Of a stretch of 64,000 nucleotides of DNA, positions 35,859-43,512 are shown in pieces; position 1 is the first letter of the stretch, and each line of letters opens with the position of its first letter. A program made the position numbers and the translations under genes. The DNA lies in the NCBI GenBank assembly GCA_040307715.1, contig JAWRJC010000026.1:14571-78570 (forward strand), in the 5' to 3' direction. The notes under the pieces were generated by a model. The model saw nothing but the letters and a program-made list of their open reading frames with translations. It did no database searches and was not told where the DNA came from. This stretch comes from Clostridiales bacterium (GTDB lineage Bacteria; Bacillota; Clostridia; Peptostreptococcales; Anaerovoracaceae).

Positions 35859-37889
35859 TTAGAGGAAGCCGTGGAACAGCGGTGCGAAGACCAGTGCCAC
35901 GATCGTCATGAGCTTGATCAGGATGTTGATGGAAGGACCGGACGTATCTTTGAACGGATCGCCGACGGTGTCGCCAACGACAGTCGCCTTGTGGGTCTCA
36001 CTGCCCTTGCCGCCGTAGTTACCTTCTTCAACGAACTTCTTGGCGTTGTCCCATGCACCGCCTGCATTCGCCATCATGATGGCGAGCAGAACGCCTGCAG
36101 CCAGAGCACCGGCGAGCATGCCGCCCAGCGCTTCCGGTCCGAGGATGAAGCCGACAGCCAGCGGAGCGATGATCGCGAGCAGGCCGGGGGCAATCATTTC
36201 TTTCAGAGCTGCACCGGTGGAGATGCTGACGCAGCCTGCATAGTCCGGCTTGCTGGTGCCGGCCAGGATGCCCGCATCCTCACGGAACTGACGGCGGACT
36301 TCTTCGATCATCTGGTTCGCCGCTTTACCAACAGAGTTCATCGTCATAGCGGAGAACAGGAACGGCAGCATAGCACCGATAAAGATACCGATGACGACCA
36401 TGGGCTGCATGATGCTCAGTTCGTCGTTCGCGATACCGGTCGCAGTGACGTAGGAAGCGAACAGTGCCAGCGCTGTCAGAGCAGCGGAACCGATCGCAAA
36501 GCCTTTACCGATCGCTGCGGTGGTGTTACCGACAGCATCGAGTTTGTCAGTGATCTCACGGACATCTTCCGGAAGTTCGGACATCTCAGCGATACCGCCT
36601 GCATTGTCGGAAACCGGACCGTACGCATCGACAGCAACGGTCATACCGGTGGTGGACAGCATGCCGACTGCGGAGAGTGCGATACCATAGAGGCCTGCGA
36701 AGTGGAAGGCCAGATAGATACCGACGCAGATGAACAGGATCGGCCAGACAGTGGACTGCATACCGACGCCCATACCGCTGATGATGGTGGTTGCAGAACC
36801 GGTCTGGGACTGATCAGCGATCTTCTTAACATGTTTGTAATCGCCGGAAGTGTAAACTTCGGTGATCTTGCCGATGGCAACGCCGACGACCAGACCCGCG
36901 ATGATCGCGATCGCCCAGTCGAAGCTGCCGACCATCGTCTTGCTCATGATGAGAACGGCGACGATGACGATCGCGCTGCTGATATAGGTACCCATGTTCA
37001 GAGCGTTCGCAGGGTTGCTGCCCTCTTTGCCTCTGACGAGCAGGATGCCGATGACGGAAGCGACCAGACCGATCGCAGCCATCAGGAGCGGGAACAGGAT
37101 CGCAGTCCCCTCATCGATGATCGTGCCATCGTGAAGCGCAGCGATCGCCGCCAGTGTGATAGCGGAAATGATGGAGCCAACATAGGACTCATACAGGTCG
37201 GAACCCATGCCGGCAACGTCGCCGACATTGTCGCCTACGTTATCAGCGATAACGGCCGGGTTTCTCGGATCGTCTTCCGGGATGCCGGCTTCGACTTTAC
37301 CGACCAGGTCAGCACCGACGTCAGCAGCCTTGGTGTAGATACCGCCGCCGACACGGCCGAACAGCGCCATCGAGGAAGCGCCGAGGGAGAAACCGGTGAT
37401 GCACTGGACCAGTGTGGACAGGTCGCCGCCGGTCGCACCGACGATCGCTACGACTGCGATGCCGACACCGAGAAGACCAAGACCTGCAACGCACAGACCC
37501 ATGACCGCGCCGCTTCTGAATGCAACAGCCAGCGCCTGGACCATGCCGCCCTTTTCAGCTGCAGCCGCTGTACGGACATTGCCCTTGGTCGCGACCTGCA
37601 TACCGAAGAAACCAGCCAGAACGGACAGGAACGCACCGAATACGTACAGACCTGCCGTCAGCGGAGAGATCGTCAGGCAGATCAGAACTGCCAGAACGAC
37701 AACGACGATGATCATGAAGCGGTATTCCTTGGTCAGGAATGCCATTGCGCCTTCATGGATATAACCGGAGATCTCCTTCATCCGGTCATTGCCCGCATCA
37801 CGGCCTGTGATCCATTTGGTGAGCGCGAATGCAACGATCAGCGCGATCACAGCTGCGACAGGGGCCAGAACAGCAAGTGACATTTGCAT
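35859..37889 (-). CDS. hppA: membrane-bound proton/sodium-translocating pyrophosphatase
   Basis: About 676 aa, polytopic. It carries the signature [14 protein letters not shown] plus DNAGGIAEM and [14 protein letters not shown]. The ATG at 37889 has an AAGGAGG SD. Confidence 0.93.
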   Translation of the reverse strand: MQMSLAVLAPVAAVIALIVAFALTKWITGRDAGNDRMKEISGYIHEGAMAFLTKEYRFMIIVVVVLAVLICLTISPLTAGLYVFGAFLSVLAGFFGMQVATKGNVRTAAAAEKGGMVQALAVAFRSGAVMGLCVAGLGLLGVGIAVVAIVGATGGDLSTLVQCITGFSLGASSMALFGRVGGGIYTKAADVGADLVGKVEAGIPEDDPRNPAVIADNVGDNVGDVAGMGSDLYESYVGSIISAITLAAIAALHDGTIIDEGTAILFPLLMAAIGLVASVIGILLVRGKEGSNPANALNMGTYISSAIVIVAVLIMSKTMVGSFDWAIAIIAGLVVGVAIGKITEVYTSGDYKHVKKIADQSQTGSATTIISGMGVGMQSTVWPILFICVGIYLAFHFAGLYGIALSAVGMLSTTGMTVAVDAYGPVSDNAGGIAEMSELPEDVREITDKLDAVGNTTAAIGKGFAIGSAALTALALFASYVTATGIANDELSIMQPMVVIGIFIGAMLPFLFSAMTMNSVGKAANQMIEEVRRQFREDAGILAGTSKPDYAGCVSISTGAALKEMIAPGLLAIIAPLAVGFILGPEALGGMLAGALAAGVLLAIMMANAGGAWDNAKKFVEEGNYGGKGSETHKATVVGDTVGDPFKDTSGPSINILIKLMTIVALVFAPLFHGFL

Positions 37890-37904
37890 GTTGTAAAACC
37901 TCCT

Positions 37905-37966
37905 TGCAAAGAAATAAAGAATTATTGCGACGTCCGGCGCAGGCAGAACTGTCTGCTGCGGACGCA
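37905..37966 (-). terminator. long imperfect hairpin plus U-rich tract between secG and hppA (terminator or attenuator)
   Basis: In the minus-strand RNA, GCAGCAGA pairs with UCUGC(C)UGC. An outer GCGUCC/GGACG(U)C extension adds to the stem. AAUAAUUCUUUAUUUCUUUG follows. Confidence 0.4.
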
Positions 37967-37980
37967 AGTGACGGATCCGT

Positions 37981-38214
37981 CTATTTTTCCATGATCACGA
38001 GGACCAGAGAAAGAACAACGTAGAGGATCGCACAGACCGTCGCGGTCTTGCTCAGGATCCCTTCGTAGCCTCTTGCCTTCTTCTTACCGAAGAGCTGCTC
38101 CGCACCGCCGGCGATACTGCCGGAAAGACCGGCGCTGTTGCCTTCCTGCAGAAGGATCGTAGCGATGAGGACGACGCTGGCGACCGCCAGCAGCACCATC
38201 AGAACTGTATTCAT
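37981..38214 (-). CDS. secG: preprotein translocase subunit SecG
   Basis: 77 aa with two TM helices and the [13 protein letters not shown] motif. The ATG at 38214 has a TAGGAGGAA SD. Confidence 0.85.
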   Translation of the reverse strand: MNTVLMVLLAVASVVLIATILLQEGNSAGLSGSIAGGAEQLFGKKKARGYEGILSKTATVCAILYVVLSLVLVIMEK

Positions 38215-38294
38215 GAGTATTCCTCCTAAAAGTGTCAAATTATCGCGATAAAATCGCGCTTATATATGTTAGCATAATCTAAAATCCAATACAA

Positions 38295-38332
38295 GAAAAA
38301 AGAGAGAAGAAACGCGATTTTTTTCTCCCCTC
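38295..38332 (-). terminator. rho-independent terminator after the cyclodeaminase gene
   Basis: Minus-strand RNA is GAGGGGAGAAA-(9 nt loop)-UUUCUUCUCUC: 11 bp including two G.U pairs. UUUUUUCUUG follows. Confidence 0.6.
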
Positions 38333-38386
38333 TTTCCTTGCAGTTTCAAGCTTTTACGCGGTGGCCCGGCAGACTGGCACCGCCCG

Positions 38387-39013
38387 CTACAGCATCTCTT
38401 CGATTCTCCGGTAGATGCTGTCTGCCAGCGGCAGCGCTTTTTCCAGGATCTCCCGTGCACGGGCTTCATACACGGCCGCCTTTTCTTTGTCTTTCAGGCT
38501 GCCGAGGTTGATCCGGACATTCAGCCAGGCGCCCAGCAGTCCCGCCCGGAGCATCAGCGCGGAAACGCCGAGATCGCTGGCCGCCGACTCATTGAATCCG
38601 CCGAGAAGACGTTCCGCCAGTCCGAGCGCCTCATGGCTCATCGCCATGATCGTGAGCGGCGATTCGATACAGGCGGCAAGCCCGTTCTGGATCGCTTCGC
38701 TGCGTGCAGTTTTCTCTTCCTCTGTTTCTTTCGGCATGGAAAAAGCTGCGCTGATCACATTGAATGCCTCGGTATCCCGGTCGACCGCCGCGGTCAGTTC
38801 GTCCTTCAGCCGGACCGCTCCGGCCTGCACCTCCTCCGCCAATGCCTGACAGTCTTCGTACTTTTTCTTTCCCAATGTCAGCGCGCCGACCATCGCGGTC
38901 AGCGCCGCTCCGAGTGCGCCTGCCAGCGCTGCAGCGGATCCGCCGCCCGGCGCCGGTGCGTCGGAAGCCATGACATCTGCAAATTCTTTCACACGTAACT
39001 CAACCAGCTGCAT
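38387..39013 (-). CDS. formimidoyltetrahydrofolate cyclodeaminase (FTCD C-terminal domain family)
   Basis: 208 aa, all-helical. The sequence VKEFADVMASDAPAPGGGSAAALAGALGAALTAMV is the typical cyclodeaminase/cyclohydrolase N-terminus. Adjacent to the formimidoyltransferase gene. Confidence 0.85.
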   Translation of the reverse strand: MQLVELRVKEFADVMASDAPAPGGGSAAALAGALGAALTAMVGALTLGKKKYEDCQALAEEVQAGAVRLKDELTAAVDRDTEAFNVISAAFSMPKETEEEKTARSEAIQNGLAACIESPLTIMAMSHEALGLAERLLGGFNESAASDLGVSALMLRAGLLGAWLNVRINLGSLKDKEKAAVYEARAREILEKALPLADSIYRRIEEML

Positions 39014-39030
39014 CGTTATCGTCCTTTCTG

Positions 39031-39945
39031 TTACTTCATATCGATCAGATGATACTCGATGACCTGCTCGTGGCAGTCGAAGTTCTCGATCTTCAGATAA
39101 TACTCAGCACAGTCGATCAGCGCCTTCGCAGGCGTCATGCCGACGACCTCGCTGCCCAGGATGCGGACGCCGTAGCGGTCTGCCAGCGCGCGGATCATTT
39201 CAAACACATAATAGATCGGTGTTCCTTCACAGTTCACCATATTCATGGAGACCTGCGCGATATTGCGGTCCTCCAGTTTGACCCCGATGGCCTTGCAGTA
39301 TTTGAATCCGCCGGACGATCCGCGGATCGCCTTTGCAATGGCGTTGGCGATCTCAATGTCGTCGGTGTCCAGATTAACGTTATAGGCCACGAGCGGCATA
39401 CGTGCGCCGATCGCCATGATGCCGGCGGTCGGGTGGATCTTTCTCTCCCCGAAATCCGGTGCCCAGTCTTCTTCCAGCAGCTTCTGCGGCATGCCTTCGA
39501 ACTGCCCTTTCCGGCAGGCGGCCAGATTGCGGCGTTCCGGCCTTGACGCAGAGTCCTCATACAGGAACGACGGGATCGCGAGTTCCTCCCAGACGCGTTT
39601 CGCAACGCGTTTGGAAAGCTCTACACACTCTTCCAGCGTGACATCCTTGCTCTGCGGCACGAACGGCATGACGTCCGTAGCGCCCATGCGGGGGTGCTGG
39701 CCCTTATGGAACCGCATATCGATCAGTTCCGCCGCCTTTTTCGTCAGCTGGAACGCAGCCTCCTCTACCCCTTCGACGCTGCCGAGCATGGTGAAAACAG
39801 CCCTGTTGTGATCGCCGTCGCTCTGTACATCGAACAACGTGCAGCCGGGCATCGCGTTGGCCAGATCCACAAGCGCCTGGAACTTCTCCGGATCCTGCTC
39901 TTTGCTCAAACTGAAATTAGGAATGCATTCTACGATTTTAGCCAT
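39031..39945 (-). CDS. ftcD: glutamate formimidoyltransferase
   Basis: The sequence is MAKIVECIPNFSLSKEQD...DHNRAVFTMLG...GATDVMPFVP. The ATG at 39945 has a TAAGGAG SD. Confidence 0.9.
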   Translation of the reverse strand: MAKIVECIPNFSLSKEQDPEKFQALVDLANAMPGCTLFDVQSDGDHNRAVFTMLGSVEGVEEAAFQLTKKAAELIDMRFHKGQHPRMGATDVMPFVPQSKDVTLEECVELSKRVAKRVWEELAIPSFLYEDSASRPERRNLAACRKGQFEGMPQKLLEEDWAPDFGERKIHPTAGIMAIGARMPLVAYNVNLDTDDIEIANAIAKAIRGSSGGFKYCKAIGVKLEDRNIAQVSMNMVNCEGTPIYYVFEMIRALADRYGVRILGSEVVGMTPAKALIDCAEYYLKIENFDCHEQVIEYHLIDMK

Positions 39946-40047
39946 TTTGATACTCCTTATACTAGTGTTTCCGCCGCCGCGGTCAGCTGCCGGACAGCAA
40001 TGTCCCGTTGCGTATCTGCCGCCGCGGCAAGATACGTTCACAGACGG

Positions 40048-40056
40048 ATTCTATCA
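40048..40056 (-). promoter_or_regulatory. extended -10 promoter element (TGaTAGAAT) for ftcD-cyclodeaminase
   Basis: The reverse complement of 40048-40056 is TGATAGAAT. This predicts a leader of about 95 nt. Confidence 0.5.
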
Positions 40057-40068
40057 TCAATAAGCCGG

Positions 40069-40133
40069 TTTTTGTTACATTCCGTGAAACTTTTTTTACA
40101 TTCCATGAAACTTTTTGTTTCACCCCGTGAAAC
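40069..40133. promoter_or_regulatory. three phased 21-22 bp direct repeats, each an internal 7-3-7 dyad, between the divergent hut promoters
   Basis: R1 is TTTTTGTTACATTCCGTGAAAC (40069-40090). R2 is TTTTTTTACATTCCATGAAAC (40091-40111). R3 is TTTTTGTTTCACCCCGTGAAAC (40112-40133). R3 contains the perfect dyad GTTTCAC-ccc-GTGAAAC. Dyad centres are 21 and 22 bp apart. Confidence 0.85.
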
Positions 40134-40148
40134 ATATTGCTCCCGATG

Positions 40149-40157
40149 TGGTAAAAT
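40149..40157 (+). promoter_or_regulatory. extended -10 promoter element (TGgTAAAAT) for hutUIH
   Basis: TGGTAAAAT lies 47 nt upstream of the hutU ATG. The -35 position coincides with the right half of repeat R3. Confidence 0.55.
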
Positions 40158-40203
40158 CAAATCGTCAAATACATGCACAAACACGTTTGAATGAGGTGCG
40201 ATT

Positions 40204-42213
40204 ATGAACGAATACATGGACGCTATGACGATCAAGCTGGACTATGAACTGCCTTCGTATCCTGCCATGGATCCGCAGTACCGCAGAGCGCCGCGGCGCG
40301 AGTCCAAACTGAGCGAAGCGGATAAAGCACTGGCTATCAAAAATGCCCTCCGCTATATCCATCCGGATCACCACGAACAGATGGCTGCCGAATTTGCTCG
40401 GGAACTGGAGGAGCACGGCCGTATTTACGGCTACCGGTTCCGTCCGGAAGGAAAACTGTACGGCAAACCGATCGATGAATACAAAGGCGCCTGCATCGAA
40501 GGCAAAGCGATCCAGGTCATGATCGACAACAACCTGGACTTCGATGTCGCCCTCTATCCCTATGAGCTGACCACATACGGCGAAACCGGCCAGGTCTGCC
40601 AGAACTGGATGCAGTACCGCCTGATCAAAAAGTATCTGGAAGTCATGAAGAACGATCAGACGCTGGTCGTCATGTCCGGCCACCCGCTCGGGCTGTTCCA
40701 CTCCCACAGACTGGCTCCGCGCGTCATCATCACCAACGGCCTCATGGTCGGTACATTCGATGACCAGGCCAACTTCAACCGCGTCGCAGCGTTGGGCGTT
40801 GCCAACTACGGCCAGATGACCGCCGGCGGCTGGATGTACATCGGACCGCAGGGCATCGTCCACGGCACTTTCAACACCCTGCTAAATGCAGGCCGCCTCA
40901 AGCTGGGCATCCCCAACGACGGCAACCTCGCAGGCAAGCTCTTCATCTCCGCCGGTCTTGGCGGCATGAGCGGTGCGCAGGGCAAGGCCGCCGAGATCGC
41001 AGGCGCTGCCTCGATCATCGCGGAAGTCGACGACTCCCGCATCGAAACCAGATACACACAGGGCTGGGTCTCCCACAGAACAGACTCTGCCGAAGAAGCG
41101 CTGGCCATTGCGCAGGAACACCGGAACACCGGCACCCCCTGCGCAGTCGCGTACCACGGCAACATCGTAGATCTGCTTGAGTACCTCTATGAGAAGGATG
41201 TCCACGTCGACCTGATGAGCGACCAGACTTCCTGCCACGTCCCCTACGACGGCGGCTACTGCCCGCAGGGCCTTACCTTCGAAGAGCGTACCGAAATGCT
41301 GGGCAGCGATCCCGAGCGATTCCATGAACTGGTCGACAAGACCCTGCAGCATCACTATGAGATGATCTGCAAGTTCCACGAAAAAGGCACCTACTTCTTC
41401 GACTACGGCAACAGCTTCCTGAAAGCTGTCTACGACACCGGTGTCAGAAGCATCTGCAAGAACGGCAAGAACGACCTCGACGGCTTTATCTTCCCATCCT
41501 ACGTCGAAGATATCCTCGGTCCCTGCCTCTTCGACTACGGCTACGGTCCCTTCCGCTGGTGCTGCCTGTCCCGCGACCCCGAAGATCTGGACAAGACCGA
41601 CGCCGCTGCTGCGGAATACATCCTTGCACACAACAGACGCTATCAGGACTATGACAACTACGTCTGGGTCCGCGATGCGAAGAAGAATAAACTGGTCGTC
41701 GGCACCCAGTGCCGCATCCTCTATCAGGACGCTCTCGGCCGCATGAACATCGCACTGAAGTTCAACGAGATGGTCAGAAACGGCGAGATCGGTCCGGTCA
41801 TCCTCGGCCGCGACCATCACGACACCGGCGGCACCGACGCCCCGTTCCGCGAAACGTCCAATATCAAGGACGGCTCGAACCTCATGGCTGAGATGGCGAC
41901 CCAGTGCTTCGCCGGCAACGCGGCGCGCGGCATGAGCTACATCGCCCTGCACAACGGCGGCGGCACTGGTATCGGCAACGCGGTCAACGGCGGCTTCGGC
42001 ATGGTGCTGGATGGTTCCGAACGCGTCGATGACATCCTGAAGATGGCGATGCCGTGGGATACCATGGTCGGCGTTTCCCGCCGCAACTGGGCGCGCAACG
42101 AGCATGCGATGGAAGTCGCAGCCGAGTACAACAAGATGTATGAAGGCAGCGATCACATCACCCTGCCCTATGTCGCAGACGACGCACTGATCGAGAAAGC
42201 GCTGAAAGGCTGA
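40204..42213 (+). CDS. hutU: urocanate hydratase (long form)
   Basis: 669 aa. The sequence is VMSGHPLGLF...GGWMYIGPQGIVHGT...SAGLGGMSGAQ...GRDHHDTGGTD. Confidence 0.95.
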   Translation: MNEYMDAMTIKLDYELPSYPAMDPQYRRAPRRESKLSEADKALAIKNALRYIHPDHHEQMAAEFARELEEHGRIYGYRFRPEGKLYGKPIDEYKGACIEGKAIQVMIDNNLDFDVALYPYELTTYGETGQVCQNWMQYRLIKKYLEVMKNDQTLVVMSGHPLGLFHSHRLAPRVIITNGLMVGTFDDQANFNRVAALGVANYGQMTAGGWMYIGPQGIVHGTFNTLLNAGRLKLGIPNDGNLAGKLFISAGLGGMSGAQGKAAEIAGAASIIAEVDDSRIETRYTQGWVSHRTDSAEEALAIAQEHRNTGTPCAVAYHGNIVDLLEYLYEKDVHVDLMSDQTSCHVPYDGGYCPQGLTFEERTEMLGSDPERFHELVDKTLQHHYEMICKFHEKGTYFFDYGNSFLKAVYDTGVRSICKNGKNDLDGFIFPSYVEDILGPCLFDYGYGPFRWCCLSRDPEDLDKTDAAAAEYILAHNRRYQDYDNYVWVRDAKKNKLVVGTQCRILYQDALGRMNIALKFNEMVRNGEIGPVILGRDHHDTGGTDAPFRETSNIKDGSNLMAEMATQCFAGNAARGMSYIALHNGGGTGIGNAVNGGFGMVLDGSERVDDILKMAMPWDTMVGVSRRNWARNEHAMEVAAEYNKMYEGSDHITLPYVADDALIEKALKG

Positions 42214-42246
42214 TCTAAAGGATATTGACAGATACAGGAGGACGAC

Positions 42247-43488
42247 ATGAACAGACTTCTGATTTATAACATCGGTCTGCTGGCGACCCCGCAGGGGACC
42301 GGCGCCAGAGCCGGACAGGCCCAAGGTGAGATCCTGCTGCAGAAAGATGCCTGGATCCTCGCGGAAGATGGCCTGATCAAAGAAACCGGCACCGGAGACA
42401 GCTGGAAGCGCCTGCCGCAGGAAGCGCTCGATGTGCTCGACGCGGACGGCAGACTCGTGACTCCCGGCCTTGTCGATGCGCATACACACCTCGTTTTCGG
42501 CGGCTGGCGGCAGAATGAACTTGGTCTCAAACTCCACGGCGCCACCTATCTGGATATCCTCGAGAGCGGCGGCGGCATCCTGTCGACCGTCCGTGCGACC
42601 AGAGAGGCAAGCGAAGAATCGCTCTTCCGGAAGGCCAGAGCAGCACTCGACGAAATGCTGGCTCTCGGCGTCACCAGCATGGAAGCCAAAAGCGGCTACG
42701 GTCTCGACCGCGAGACCGAGCTGAAACAACTCCGCGTGATCCGGCGGCTGGCACAGGAACACTGCATGGATGTACGCGCAACGTTCCTCGGCGCCCATGC
42801 CCTGCCCGCATCCTACAAAGAAAACCGGGAAGAGTATGTCCGGTTCATCTGCGAAGAGATGATTCCGGAAGTCGCTGCAGAAGGTCTCGCAGATTACTGC
42901 GATGTCTTCTGTGAAAAAGGCGTCTTCACCGCAGAAGAAAGCCGCCTCATCCTGGAGGCGGGCAAGAAGCACGGCCTTCTTCCGAAGATCCATGCGGATG
43001 AGATCGAAGCCATCGGCGGCAGCGAACTGACCAGAGATGTGAAAGCGGTCTCCGCGGAGCATCTGATCGTCTGCCGGCCCTCCGGCATCGAAGCCCTTGC
43101 AGCAGGCGGTACCATTGCCTGCCTGCTTCCGGCCACCTCGTTCTACCTCGGCGCGACGTACGCCCCTGCCAGAGAGATGATCGGAGCCGGTGTCCCGGTC
43201 GCAGCCGCAACGGACTTCAACCCCGGTTCATGTCCGAGCCTGAACATCCAGTTCGTCATGAACCTCGCCTGTCTGAAATACCGGCTCACCCCCGAAGAAA
43301 TGCTTACAGCCGTCACACTCAATGCGGCAGCTGCGATCGGGCTGGCCGAAAAAACCGGCACCATCGAACCGGGCAAGCAGGCGGATCTGGTTATCTGGAA
43401 TGCCCCGGACCTCGACTATCTGGGGTACCGCATGGGCAGCAACCTCGTCAAAACTGTCATCAAGAACGGAAGTATCGTTCATCAATAA
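42247..43488 (+). CDS. hutI: imidazolonepropionase
   Basis: 413 aa amidohydrolase. The sequence is PGLVDAHTHLVFGG...KIHADE...ATDFNPGS. Confidence 0.95.
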   Translation: MNRLLIYNIGLLATPQGTGARAGQAQGEILLQKDAWILAEDGLIKETGTGDSWKRLPQEALDVLDADGRLVTPGLVDAHTHLVFGGWRQNELGLKLHGATYLDILESGGGILSTVRATREASEESLFRKARAALDEMLALGVTSMEAKSGYGLDRETELKQLRVIRRLAQEHCMDVRATFLGAHALPASYKENREEYVRFICEEMIPEVAAEGLADYCDVFCEKGVFTAEESRLILEAGKKHGLLPKIHADEIEAIGGSELTRDVKAVSAEHLIVCRPSGIEALAAGGTIACLLPATSFYLGATYAPAREMIGAGVPVAAATDFNPGSCPSLNIQFVMNLACLKYRLTPEEMLTAVTLNAAAAIGLAEKTGTIEPGKQADLVIWNAPDLDYLGYRMGSNLVKTVIKNGSIVHQ

Positions 43489-43512
43489 GCGCATTCACTA
43501 GGAGGTCAAAGC

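Noticed and set aside
38375-38380. TGGCAC hexamers as possible sigma-54 -24 elements. This one lies in the secG/cyclodeaminase spacer. Others lie inside CDSs, for example near 5676, 31271, 52768 and 57689.
   Set aside because: None is followed by TTGC at the required N5 spacing. This one is also on the wrong strand relative to the neighbouring genes. I found no sigma-54-type promoter in the window.
40083-40133. The hut repeats read as CcpA cre sites or as LytTR-type 9 bp direct repeats with 12 bp spacers.
   Set aside because: A cre site requires TGAAA-N4-TTTCA. Here the TGAAAC/GTTTCA pairs are spaced N5-N7 or lie in the opposite order. The 21 bp periodicity resembles LytTR sites, but ACATTCCGT fits the ComE/AgrA consensus only partly, and each unit is itself a dyad. 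The binding protein is left unassigned.
40882-43062. Very long antisense ORFs: 726 aa opposite hutU/hutI here. Others are 43498..45195 opposite hutH, 35871..37880 opposite hppA, 21066..23156 opposite topA, 46549..48585 opposite tpiA/pgk, 10761..12569 opposite priA/asnA, and 74..1666 opposite the LCP gene.
   Set aside because: Each lies exactly opposite a gene with unmistakable conserved motifs. Their translations are low-complexity and rich in Arg, Ala, Asp and Val, with no recognisable domains. Stop-poor antisense frames are expected in high-GC3 coding DNA. None has a convincing SD or start context.
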